A stretch of 63,625 nt of DNA, filler included. It is 6 parts of 6 records of this genome, joined end to end, with 100 filler letters (N's around TTAATTAATTAA, not from the genome) between each part and the next. Parts side by side here need not be neighbours in the genome. Positions count along the whole stretch, not along the records: positions 1 to 7,053 come from SRR31156797_22417; positions 7,154 to 15,042 come from SRR31156797_22419; 4 more parts are not named here. One strand, 5' to 3'. The position numbers and the translations under genes are program-made. The notes beneath the pieces are model-generated. The model worked only from the letters and a program-made list of their open reading frames with translations, was not told the DNA's origin and searched no databases. Shown here in pieces: positions 1 to 9,003 of the stretch (its first letter is position 1; every line of letters starts with the position of its first letter).

Positions 1-93
1 GGCCGCCGCGCCAGACGGCGATGATGCCGGGTTTGCGGCGAAGATGAAGTCATGGACTTCCCGATCCGGCCGAAAGCACCAATGACGCTGTTC

Positions 94-1317
94 TTAGAGC
101 GCGCGATCCAAAGCTTCGACTAGCCGTTCCATATCGTTCCGGTTCGTGTAGTGAACAAACGACATGCGTAGGACTCCCGGCTCCGGATCAATACCCAAGG
201 CTTCCAACAACCGTACGGCGTAAAAATTACTCACGCTCGCCATAATGCCGGAGTTCGTCAGCGTGGTGATGACCTCCAGAGGCAGCCGCGAAAGGGTTTC
301 GACCGAAACGGTCGGTGTTCGCACCGACGCGTCGTCCGGCCCGAGAATCCGGATGTCGTTGCGTTCTCGCAACCAGTCAAGGAACGGAGCTAGGAGGTTC
401 TTCTCATGCTCGTGGAACAGGTTGGCGACACGGCGGCTGCGCTCCGCCGGAGCAGCGGCGTCGCCGAAATGATGATCGTGCACCATGTCGAAATAATCGA
501 TAACGCCGTTGGCCGCGGCAATTAGCGCATGGTCCGGCCCGGCCGGGGTTAGCTTCTTGCGGAGCGTTCCGGTATTGAAGTAGTGGCCCTGGTTTTCCAG
601 CTGTTCGGCAAGTTCGCGGCGAACGACCATGATCCCCTGGTGCGGTCCATAGGTTTTGTAAAGGGAAAAGAGATAGACATCCGCGCCCATGGCCTGCACA
701 TCAGGAAATCCGTGCGCGGCATAGGAGACGCCGTCGACGACGACGTGTGCGCCAACACTTTTTGCCTTGGCAACAACGGTTTCCACCGGATTGATATGCG
801 CAACGATGTTCGAACAGTGCGGAAAGGTGATGAGGCGTGTTCGCTCAGTCAGAAGACCGTCCAGGTCGTCGGGATCGAGCAGGCCGGTCCCGGGGTCGAC
901 CGACCATTCGTGAACATGGATACCCGCACGCTCGAGCCGGCGCCAACACCCCGAATTTGCTTCATGATCCTGATTAGTGACAATGATCTCGTCGCCCTCG
1001 GACCACATGCCGCGAAAGGCTTGCGCCAGCACATAGGTGTTTTGCGACGTCGACGGGCCGATATGAACCTCGTCCGCGTCGACATTCAGATAGTCGGCCA
1101 ATCGGGCATAGGCCGAATCCATTTCCGCACCGGCCTTCGCGGATGCCGGATAGGCTCCGTAGGGCTGGACCTTGGTTTCCCGATAGAACCGCGTGAGCCG
1201 GGTTATTACGGGTGCGCAAGCATAAGAACCGCCCGCGTTTTCGAAGAACGAGACATCGGCCAGGGAGGGTTCGGAAAATGCCGGGAACTGTTGGCGAACA
1301 AATTCGAGATCAAGCAC
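94..1317 (-). CDS. Class-V PLP-dependent aminotransferase / cysteine-desulfurase-like protein
   Basis: Motifs 'VRQQFPAF', 'FFENAGGS', 'DHEAN', 'VVDGVSYAAH', PLP lysine in 'FSLYKTYGPH', C-terminal 'LRMSFVHY'. Confidence 0.85.
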   Translation of the reverse strand: MLDLEFVRQQFPAFSEPSLADVSFFENAGGSYACAPVITRLTRFYRETKVQPYGAYPASAKAGAEMDSAYARLADYLNVDADEVHIGPSTSQNTYVLAQAFRGMWSEGDEIIVTNQDHEANSGCWRRLERAGIHVHEWSVDPGTGLLDPDDLDGLLTERTRLITFPHCSNIVAHINPVETVVAKAKSVGAHVVVDGVSYAAHGFPDVQAMGADVYLFSLYKTYGPHQGIMVVRRELAEQLENQGHYFNTGTLRKKLTPAGPDHALIAAANGVIDYFDMVHDHHFGDAAAPAERSRRVANLFHEHEKNLLAPFLDWLRERNDIRILGPDDASVRTPTVSVETLSRLPLEVITTLTNSGIMASVSNFYAVRLLEALGIDPEPGVLRMSFVHYTNRNDMERLVEALDRAL

Positions 1318-1465
1318 GATGCCCTGCCGTTTTTTGCCGTGGGATGGGTGGGTTCCAGAACGATTGCAACGCGCTAATTATAGCTGCTGACCAGCGCAAT
1401 TAAATGCGATAAAATGCCTTTTAATTAACTATTATCGCAATATTCGTGCATGACATGGAAAGCCG

Positions 1466-1942
1466 ATGACCAACACTGCCTTGGACGGCACCGACCGAAG
1501 AATTCTCGACGCCCTGCAGGAGAACGCACGGATTTCGAATGTGAAACTGGCCGAACTGGTCAATCTGTCCCAGTCCCAGTGCCTTCGGCGTTTGCGGCAG
1601 ATCGAAGACATGGGAATGATCGACCGGCACGTGACCCTGTTGAACACGGAAAAGCTCGGATACGGCGTGACCGCATTCGTGTTGGTGAGCCTTGAGCGGC
1701 GCGTCGCCAACGCTGGGGAAAAGTTCGCGAGGAGAATCCATCTCATTCCCGAAGTCCTGGAATGCCACGGGATTACGGCATCCGAGGACTATTTGCTGAA
1801 GGTCGTCTCGAAGGACATCCGGTCCTACTCCGAATTCATGACCGGACAGTTGCGCAGTTGCGAGGCAGTGTCGCATACACAGACCTTTCTGCTTCTCGAC
1901 TGCCTGAAGTTCGAAACCAAACTGCCCCTGTCACCTTACTGA
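1466..1942 (+). CDS. Lrp/AsnC family transcriptional regulator
   Basis: 'LDGTDRRILDALQENARISNVKLAELVNLSQSQCLRRLRQIE' HTH plus C-terminal 'PEVLECHGITASEDYLLKV' effector domain; divergent from the PLP enzyme. Confidence 0.95.
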   Translation: MTNTALDGTDRRILDALQENARISNVKLAELVNLSQSQCLRRLRQIEDMGMIDRHVTLLNTEKLGYGVTAFVLVSLERRVANAGEKFARRIHLIPEVLECHGITASEDYLLKVVSKDIRSYSEFMTGQLRSCEAVSHTQTFLLLDCLKFETKLPLSPY

Positions 1943-2320
1943 CCCTTGAACGCGTGAGCCGCCGCGGCATCCCCTTTGCGCCAGAGGCCAAAGCGGGGAT
2001 ACCGTTTCGACGGGATGAGGCCACGTAGCCAGAAAATTGTGAGAATTTCTTTATTCATACAATAATATTGCATACTTCGCCCATCATTTTTGTCATATCG
2101 CAAATTCTCGCCGCGGTTTTTTTGTTATGTTTTCGGGGAACATGAAAATAGATTTGGCGCAAAATAATCGAATAGAAACGAAAAATATACATATAAGTAT
2201 AGTGTTATATTAATATTTAACAAAAATAATATATACATAAATATTTTTAGTTCTATATGTCACGTAAAAACAAAATAAATGGTTGTATTTTTTACCATGT
2301 ATTGAAGGAGGAAGAACGTC

Positions 2321-3337
2321 ATGAACAAGGCAAGGACTGTTTTGTTGACCATTCTTGTCGGCGCGGGAATGGCAACGACGGCGGCGGCGACGACGCTCGA
2401 AGATACCAAGGCCGCCGGTTTCTTTACATGCGGCACCAATCCCGGTCTTCCCGGATTCTCGTTCCTCGATTCCGAGGGCAAATGGACGGGTCTCGACGTT
2501 GAATATTGCCAAGCGATGTCGGCCGCCATTTTTGGCGATCCGAACAAGGTTAAGTTCGTGCCCGTCTCCTCCAAGGAGCGGTTCACGGCCCTGCAGTCCA
2601 CCGAAATCGACGTCCTGTCCAAGGCGACGACATGGACCATCACTCGCGATGCCAGCATGGGGTTGAATTTCGTTGGCGTCGATTTTTATGACGGACAGGG
2701 CTTCATGGTTCACAAATCGCTCGGCATCAAGTCCGCTCTCGACCTTTCGGAGGCGACCGTATGCACCGAGACCGGCACGACCACCGAGCTCAATGTTGGC
2801 GACTATTTCCGCACCCACGGTATGGAATACAAGATCGTCGCTTTCGAAAAGAATGACGAGGTGGCCCGCGCCTACAGTGCCGGGCGCTGTGATGTCTATA
2901 CCAGTGACGCCTCGGCGCTGTATTCCATGCGCCTGAAATTGACCGATCCGGCCGAGCACATTGTGCTTCCCGAAATCATTTCCAAGGAGCCGCTTGGCCC
3001 GGTGGTCCGCCAGGGTGATGACCAGTGGTTCAATATTGCCAAGTGGACCCTGAATGCCATGATCAACGCCGAGGAACTCGGAATCACATCGGCCAATGTC
3101 GATGCCATGAAGAAGTCGAAGAACCCCTCGATCCGCCGTTTCCTCGGCGTCGACGGCGATTACGGCGAACCAATGGGGCTCTCGGCCGATTGGGCCTACC
3201 AGATCGTCAAGCATGTCGGCAACTACGCCGAGATGTATGATCGCACGGTTGGCAAAGACTCGCCGCTCAAGATCGAGCGCGGCATCAATTCACTGTGGAA
3301 CAAGGGCGGCATTTTGTTCGCACCGCCGATCCGCTAG
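2321..3337 (+). CDS. aapJ: General L-amino acid ABC transporter substrate-binding protein (AapJ/BztA type)
   Basis: Signal peptide; 'ERFTALQSTEIDVLS', 'FYDGQGFMV', 'EIISKEPLGPVVRQGDDQW', C-terminal 'APPIR'. Confidence 0.92.
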   Translation: MNKARTVLLTILVGAGMATTAAATTLEDTKAAGFFTCGTNPGLPGFSFLDSEGKWTGLDVEYCQAMSAAIFGDPNKVKFVPVSSKERFTALQSTEIDVLSKATTWTITRDASMGLNFVGVDFYDGQGFMVHKSLGIKSALDLSEATVCTETGTTTELNVGDYFRTHGMEYKIVAFEKNDEVARAYSAGRCDVYTSDASALYSMRLKLTDPAEHIVLPEIISKEPLGPVVRQGDDQWFNIAKWTLNAMINAEELGITSANVDAMKKSKNPSIRRFLGVDGDYGEPMGLSADWAYQIVKHVGNYAEMYDRTVGKDSPLKIERGINSLWNKGGILFAPPIR

Positions 3338-3345
3338 ACTCGAAG

Positions 3346-3383
3346 CCCCTGTTCCGGCCATCGGTGGACGGCCGGAACAGGGG
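3346..3383 (+). terminator. Intercistronic hairpin between aapJ and aapQ (mRNA stabiliser or partial terminator)
   Basis: Perfect 14-bp stem CCCCTGTTCCGGCC / GGCCGGAACAGGGG; no U-tract. Confidence 0.6.
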
Positions 3384-3490
3384 GTGACGTGATGCCATCT
3401 CACATGGCGCTCGCACGAAACCGCCCCTGCATGAATTGCAGTCGAATATCCGTTCATACGAGGGCGGCATGAAAGGTATCAGCAACCCCC

Positions 3491-4687
3491 ATGAGCGGCG
3501 GATACACACCGGACCGGAACAGGCAGTCCAGAGGACATCCTCTTAACAATCCGAAGGTACGCAACCTCCTCTATCAGGCGGTTCTGGCGATCCTCCTGAT
3601 CTGGGTCGGCTATTTCCTTTTCGACAATATGACGGCCAATCTCGAAAGACGCGGAATCGTCTCCGGCTTCGATTTCATGCATGAGCCCGCCGGGTTCGGA
3701 ATCACACAAACCCTCATCGCCTATGACGAGGCCATGCGCTACAGCCGGGCCTTTCTCGTGGGGCTGCTGAATACGTTCCTGGTTGGGGCGGTCGGCATAT
3801 TTTTCGCGACGATTTTGGGATTTCTCATCGGAATCGGCCGCCTTTCATCGAACTGGATCGTGTCTCGAGCCTGCAGCATCTACATCGAAATCATCAGAAA
3901 TCTGCCGCTGCTTTTGCAGATTTTCATCTGGTACTTCGGCGTTCTGCGTTTCTTGCCGGCCAAGCGGGAATCTCTGGATCTTGGCGTCTTCGGCTATTTG
4001 AATCTCGCCGGTTGGTTCGCCCCGACACCGGTGTTCAACGACAGTATTTGGAACATCGTTGCGGCGCTGGCAATCGGCATCTGCGCGGCAATTCCCCTGT
4101 CGATCGGAGCCCGGCGGCGCCAGGCGCAAAGCGGCAAGCAGTTTCCGGTTTTCTGGGTGGCAAGCGGACTGATTGTCGGATTGCCCGTGCTGGCCTTCCT
4201 GATGTCGGAGATGCCGATCAGCTTCGACGCTCCAGATCTGGGACGCTTCGGCCCCCGCGGCGGAACCCAGATTGCGTCCGAATTTTTCGGATTGCTGGTC
4301 GCGCTGATCACCTATGCCGCGGCCTTCATCGCGGAAATCGTCCGCGCCGGAATTCTCGCCGTCAACGAAGGACAAATGGAGGCCGCCCATGCCCTCGGTC
4401 TTCGTCGCGCGCCGACGCTGAGGCTGATCATCATCCCGCAGGCAATGCGCGTGATCATCCCGCCTCTCACCAGCGAATACCTTAATCTGGTCAAGAACTC
4501 GTCGCTCGCCGTGGCCATCGGGTTTCCGGACGTGGTGTCGGTGGGTGGTACGATCCTCAATCAAACCGGACAGGCCGTCGAGATCATCAGCCTGTGGATG
4601 TTGGTCTATCTGACCATCAGCCTTCTGACTTCGGCATTCATGAACTATTACAACTGGCGCACGACGCGACGCGAGGGTCGAACATGA
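3491..4687 (+). CDS. aapQ: Amino acid ABC transporter permease (AapQ)
   Basis: 'YIEIIRNLPLLLQ', EAA loop 'AEIVRAGILAVNEGQMEAAHALGL', 'NLVKNSSLAVAIG'. Confidence 0.92.
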   Translation: MSGGYTPDRNRQSRGHPLNNPKVRNLLYQAVLAILLIWVGYFLFDNMTANLERRGIVSGFDFMHEPAGFGITQTLIAYDEAMRYSRAFLVGLLNTFLVGAVGIFFATILGFLIGIGRLSSNWIVSRACSIYIEIIRNLPLLLQIFIWYFGVLRFLPAKRESLDLGVFGYLNLAGWFAPTPVFNDSIWNIVAALAIGICAAIPLSIGARRRQAQSGKQFPVFWVASGLIVGLPVLAFLMSEMPISFDAPDLGRFGPRGGTQIASEFFGLLVALITYAAAFIAEIVRAGILAVNEGQMEAAHALGLRRAPTLRLIIIPQAMRVIIPPLTSEYLNLVKNSSLAVAIGFPDVVSVGGTILNQTGQAVEIISLWMLVYLTISLLTSAFMNYYNWRTTRREGRT

Positions 4688-6021
4688 CGAACGGGAATAT
4701 CGGCTTCGTGCGCACCGAAATGGCGGAAACGCTGCCGCCGCCGTCCAACACGACCGGGCTTCTCGGCTGGAGCCGTGCGAATCTGTTTTCGTCCTGGCCG
4801 AACGCGGTCATGACGCTGCTAAGCGCCTATATCATCTATCTCGTCGTGCCGCCGTTTATCGAGTTCATTTGCATCGACGCCATCTGGCGGGGCGACAACC
4901 GCGAGGCCTGCCTCGCGCGTGACGGCGCCTGTTGGGCCTACGTTGGGGCGTTCTTCGACCAGTTCATCTACGGCCGCTACCCGGCGCCGGAACGGTGGCG
5001 CGTCGATCTCGTCTTCTTCCTATTGGGCACCGGGTTGATCCCATTGCTGACACCGAGATTCCCTTTCAAACGGGAAAACATCCTGTACATGCTGATTGTG
5101 TTTCCCGTCGCTGCTTTCGTGCTGCTGACGGGCGGCGGCATCGAATTGAACGGCTTTTTGCTGCCGGAAACGTGGATCGGCCCGTCGTCGTTCAAATTCT
5201 GGTGTGACTTTGTCATCGTGTATCTGCTGGCTGCGGGAATCTCCGTCGGGCTGTGCCTGATCACTGATACAAAGCCGCGTCTGGCTGTGATTTCAATTAG
5301 CAGTCTTTTCGCCCTGCTGGCGGTAATGATTGCGGCCATATCGGTCGATATCGGCCTTGTCCCCGTCGAGACCGGCACCTGGGGCGGATTGCTGACCACC
5401 CTTGTCATCGCCGTCACCGGCATCGCCGCGTCGCTGCCGCTGGGGACGTTGCTGGCGCTGGGGCGGCGCTCGGACATGCAGTTCATCCGCCTGGCATCGA
5501 TCATCTTCATCGAATTTTGGCGCGGCGTTCCCCTGATTACCGTACTTTTCATGTCGTCGGTGGTATTACCGCTGTTTCTGCCCGAAGGCGCCTCGTTCGA
5601 CAAACTGCTGCGGGCGTTGATCGGCGTCGCACTGTTTTCCGCCGCCTATATGGCGGAAGTCGTGCGCGGCGGCCTTCAAGCGATACCGGAGGGGCAGTAC
5701 GAGGGCGCGCGGGCGGTTGGACTGTCCTACTGGAAGATGATGGGGCTGGTGATCCTGCCGCAGGCGCTGAAGCTTGTCATTCCCGGCATCGTCAACAACT
5801 TCATCGGCCTGTTCAAGGACACGACGCTGGTTCTGATCATTGGCCTGTTCGACCTGCTTGGGCAGGTGCAGGCGTCGTTCAACGATCCCAACTGGGTATC
5901 GCCCTACCAGAGCCTGACCGGCTATATCTTTACCGGTGTTATCTTCTTTTTCTTTTGTTTCGCCATGTCGCGCTATGCCGTGTTCATGGAGCATCGCCTG
6001 CACACAGGCCACAAACGTTGA
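4684..6021 (+). CDS. aapM: Amino acid ABC transporter permease (AapM)
   Basis: '[15 protein letters not shown]', '[19 protein letters not shown]', 'FKDTTLV'; start placed at the ATG overlapping the aapQ stop (ATGA). Confidence 0.92.
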   Translation: MTNGNIGFVRTEMAETLPPPSNTTGLLGWSRANLFSSWPNAVMTLLSAYIIYLVVPPFIEFICIDAIWRGDNREACLARDGACWAYVGAFFDQFIYGRYPAPERWRVDLVFFLLGTGLIPLLTPRFPFKRENILYMLIVFPVAAFVLLTGGGIELNGFLLPETWIGPSSFKFWCDFVIVYLLAAGISVGLCLITDTKPRLAVISISSLFALLAVMIAAISVDIGLVPVETGTWGGLLTTLVIAVTGIAASLPLGTLLALGRRSDMQFIRLASIIFIEFWRGVPLITVLFMSSVVLPLFLPEGASFDKLLRALIGVALFSAAYMAEVVRGGLQAIPEGQYEGARAVGLSYWKMMGLVILPQALKLVIPGIVNNFIGLFKDTTLVLIIGLFDLLGQVQASFNDPNWVSPYQSLTGYIFTGVIFFFFCFAMSRYAVFMEHRLHTGHKR

Positions 6022-6046
6022 AGCCGCACGATCGATGGAGCATCCA

Positions 6047-6811
6047 ATGGACGATTTGAACGCCACCCCGGAACAACCCGACCTGGCGATCGAAATCACC
6101 GGAATGCACAAATGGTTCGGTTCGTTTCATGCCCTCAAGGACATCAATCTTCAGGTGCATGCCGGCGAGCGAATCGTCATTGCCGGGCCGTCCGGTTCCG
6201 GTAAATCGACGATGATACGCTGCATCAATCATCTGGAAGATCATCAGAAAGGACGCATTGTAGTCGATGGGATCGAGTTGACCGACGATCTCAAGCGCAT
6301 CGACACCGTGCGGCGTGAGGTCGGCATGGTTTTCCAACAGTTCAATCTGTTCCCCCATTTGACGATCCTGCAGAACTGCACCTTGGCGCTGATCTGGGTC
6401 CGCAAAATGCCGAAAAGGAAGGCCGAGGAAATCGCCATGCGCTACCTCGAACGGGTTAAGATTCCGGAGCAAGCGAACAAGTACCCCGAACAGCTTTCCG
6501 GCGGGCAGCAGCAGCGGGTCGCCATTGCCCGCGCGCTGTGCATGAACCCCCGCATTATGCTGTTCGACGAACCGACCTCCGCCCTTGACCCAGAGATGAT
6601 CAAGGAGGTTCTGGACGTCATGATCTCATTGGTCGAAGATGGCATGACTATGCTTTGCGTGACCCATGAAATGGGCTTCGCGCGGCAGGCGGCGAACCGA
6701 GTGATCTTCATGGATGAAGGACAGATAGTCGAAGAGAACAACCCGCACGAGTTCTTCTCCCATCCCCAACACCAGAGGACCAAGCTGTTTCTGTCGCAGA
6801 TCCTGCACTAA
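6047..6811 (+). CDS. aapP: Amino acid ABC transporter ATP-binding protein (AapP)
   Basis: Walker A 'GPSGSGKS', signature '[15 protein letters not shown]', '[11 protein letters not shown]'; GGAG RBS at 6037-6040 before ATG 6047. Confidence 0.93.
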   Translation: MDDLNATPEQPDLAIEITGMHKWFGSFHALKDINLQVHAGERIVIAGPSGSGKSTMIRCINHLEDHQKGRIVVDGIELTDDLKRIDTVRREVGMVFQQFNLFPHLTILQNCTLALIWVRKMPKRKAEEIAMRYLERVKIPEQANKYPEQLSGGQQQRVAIARALCMNPRIMLFDEPTSALDPEMIKEVLDVMISLVEDGMTMLCVTHEMGFARQAANRVIFMDEGQIVEENNPHEFFSHPQHQRTKLFLSQILH

Positions 6812-7053
6812 AACACAACGCGGATCAGAAGATATGCTTTCACCCTATGATGTTCCCATCCCGGAATGATTAGTTAGACGGCCGGCGATCAAGTTGATGA
6901 TGTCGTCAATCAGTTAACTCATGATCCCGGTCAATCCTGACGCAGGAGCCGTAAGAGCCGAAATGCCATCGCGATCTCGCGGCTGATCGGCGGCGCGTCC
7001 GTCATGTTGTGTATAATCGCGGGTCATTTCAGCAGGTGCGGGAAGGCGAGCGT

Positions 7054-7153
7054 NNNNNNNNNNNNNNNNNNNNNNNNNNNNNNNNNNNNNNNNNNNNTTA
7101 ATTAATTAANNNNNNNNNNNNNNNNNNNNNNNNNNNNNNNNNNNNNNNNNNNN
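7054..7153. other. Artificial contig linker
   Basis: N-run with central TTAATTAATTAA; abrupt GC shift across it. Confidence 0.98.
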
Positions 7154-7155
7154 AT

Positions 7156-7287
7156 GTTTTTGATATAATCTTAAGATTAAAAGAGAATAATGTAACATCA
7201 TTAATGAAATTTTTAAGCCCAAAAAATGCAGCAATGCTGACAATAATGTTAAAAGACTATAGGGCTAAAAATCAAGACGAAGGGTAA
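7156..7287 (+). CDS. 3' fragment of a flagellar-cluster gene (possibly MotE/MgtE_N-like), truncated by the contig start
   Basis: Open frame 'VFDIILRLKENNVTSLMKFLSPKNAAMLT...DEG*' ending 2 nt before fliL. Confidence 0.4.
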   Translation, partial: VFDIILRLKENNVTSLMKFLSPKNAAMLTIMLKDYRAKNQDEG

Positions 7288-7289
7288 TT

Positions 7290-7814
7290 ATGGCAGAAGA
7301 AAATAACGGAACAACTAAAGCTGGTGGTGGAAAAGGATTAATGATAGTGCTTATTGCACTAATTGTTATTTTATTACTTGCAGTAGGTGTTGGTGGATAT
7401 TTATTAGTTAGTAGTGGAGTATTAAATGGTCAACAAGCTCAACAACAAGTACAAAAAGAAGAGTCAGGTGATTCTAATGAAATGTACAAAACAGCAATTA
7501 ATGATTTAGTACTTAACATTACAAATGCAAAGGGTAGAGAAAAATTAATGAAACTATCTTTTCATTTAAAAAGTACAGAACCATCAATTGAAAAAATTGT
7601 AGAAGAGTATAAGCCAGAAATAGTTGATGCTGTGATTGCACAAATTAGTTCAAGAAGCTCAGAAGAGTTATTAACAGTTGGTGGTAAGGCACTTTTAAAA
7701 GAAGAGCTTTTAGAAGATATAAATAACATTATCAATGAAGTAACATCTAGCAATGATGATATCAAAAGAAATAATGTTAAAAATATTTTATTCACTACTT
7801 TTGTAATTAAATAA
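7290..7814 (+). CDS. fliL: Flagellar basal body-associated protein FliL
   Basis: Single N-terminal TM helix; 'EELLTVGGKALLKEELLEDIN', C-terminal 'ILFTTFVIK'. Confidence 0.9.
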   Translation: MAEENNGTTKAGGGKGLMIVLIALIVILLLAVGVGGYLLVSSGVLNGQQAQQQVQKEESGDSNEMYKTAINDLVLNITNAKGREKLMKLSFHLKSTEPSIEKIVEEYKPEIVDAVIAQISSRSSEELLTVGGKALLKEELLEDINNIINEVTSSNDDIKRNNVKNILFTTFVIK

Positions 7815-7816
7815 AA

Positions 7817-8248
7817 ATGATAGTTGCAGTTAAAACTAATAATAAAAAAAGGCTTTTAATTAAAGTAGCTTCTGCAGTTGCTGTAATAGTAATGTTTATT
7901 GCTTATTATTTTCATATGAGCAATGAATTTGCAATGCAACAAAAAAAAGAGCAAGAACAAAAGTTAAAAGCAATAGAAATAGATAATAAAAAAGCGATCC
8001 AACAAAAGCTGGAAAGAATTATCTATCGAGAAGTTGAGACTGCAGTTGATTTAATAGGACAAAGAAATATTCAAGATGTAAAAATTATTTCTGATAGGGT
8101 TTTAATTCTTGCTGATGTAGGAACAAATCTTGATGCATTAAAAGTTAGATATGGAAGCACAGCTTTAATAAAAAAAGATTTAAAAAACATTAAAATTGCT
8201 ATTGATTTAAAATATGTTGTTGAAAGTAAAATAAATGAAATTAAGTAA
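7817..8248 (+). CDS. Hypothetical single-TM protein in the flagellar operon
   Basis: N-terminal TM plus coiled coil; abuts fliL and overlaps flgH. Confidence 0.7.
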   Translation: MIVAVKTNNKKRLLIKVASAVAVIVMFIAYYFHMSNEFAMQQKKEQEQKLKAIEIDNKKAIQQKLERIIYREVETAVDLIGQRNIQDVKIISDRVLILADVGTNLDALKVRYGSTALIKKDLKNIKIAIDLKYVVESKINEIK

Positions 8249-8945
8249 GTATTTATTACTAATAGCTTTAGCTTTTTTATTAGTTGGATGTGTGGAACAA
8301 CCTGAAATAAAATTTGAAAAGCCAACACTTCAGGTTCCTAAAGCAAAGCCAAAAGTACAAAAGAAAAAAGGCTCTTTATACTCAATGAGAGGACCTTCTT
8401 TGTTTGCTGATAAAAAAGATTTACAAGTTGGAGATATAATTCAAGTAAGAATTAGTGAGTCGTTAAACTCAAAAACTAATACAAAAAGAGAAATAAGTTC
8501 TGATAGAAGTTCTAACTTAGGTGGTGGACTTATTTCTCAAATGGATGCAAATATTCCTTTATCTTCATCTGTTCAAAAAGCTGCAGATAAATTTAATTCA
8601 TATGCAGGGGTTAACTTTGGAACTGAAAGTACAAGTGAAAATACAGGGGAAGTAAAAACTAACCTTAGTGAAACATTTAGCACAAGTGTTTCTGCTATAA
8701 TTGAAGAAACATACCAAAATGGGAACTATTTAATTCGAGCACAAAAAGAGATGCTAATTGATGGACAGAAGCAGTCTTTAGTTTTAACTGGTGTAATAAG
8801 ACCTTATGATATAACACCTGAAAATTCAGTAACTTCATCACAAGTTGCTAATTTAAAGATTTTATATATTAAAGATGGTGAAGAGCAGGATGTTATGAGA
8901 ACTCCTTGGGCAACTAGGATAATACAGACCTTCTGGCCTTTTTAA
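8235..8945 (+). CDS. flgH: Flagellar L-ring protein FlgH
   Basis: Lipobox 'LLVGC'; 'LFADKKDLQVGDIIQV', 'NGNYLI', 'LTGVIRPYDI', C-terminal 'WPF'. Confidence 0.93.
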   Translation: MKLSKYLLLIALAFLLVGCVEQPEIKFEKPTLQVPKAKPKVQKKKGSLYSMRGPSLFADKKDLQVGDIIQVRISESLNSKTNTKREISSDRSSNLGGGLISQMDANIPLSSSVQKAADKFNSYAGVNFGTESTSENTGEVKTNLSETFSTSVSAIIEETYQNGNYLIRAQKEMLIDGQKQSLVLTGVIRPYDITPENSVTSSQVANLKILYIKDGEEQDVMRTPWATRIIQTFWPF

Positions 8946-9003
8946 TCTAATTTTAAGAAATGTAATGCGATAATTTGACAAGTTATCATATAAAGGAGTA
9001 ATT

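Noticed and set aside
245-6808. Many long antisense or overlapping ORFs (e.g. 583-1377, 2210-3214, 3845-4564)
   Set aside because: Shadow ORFs expected opposite real genes in GC-rich DNA; no recognisable motifs
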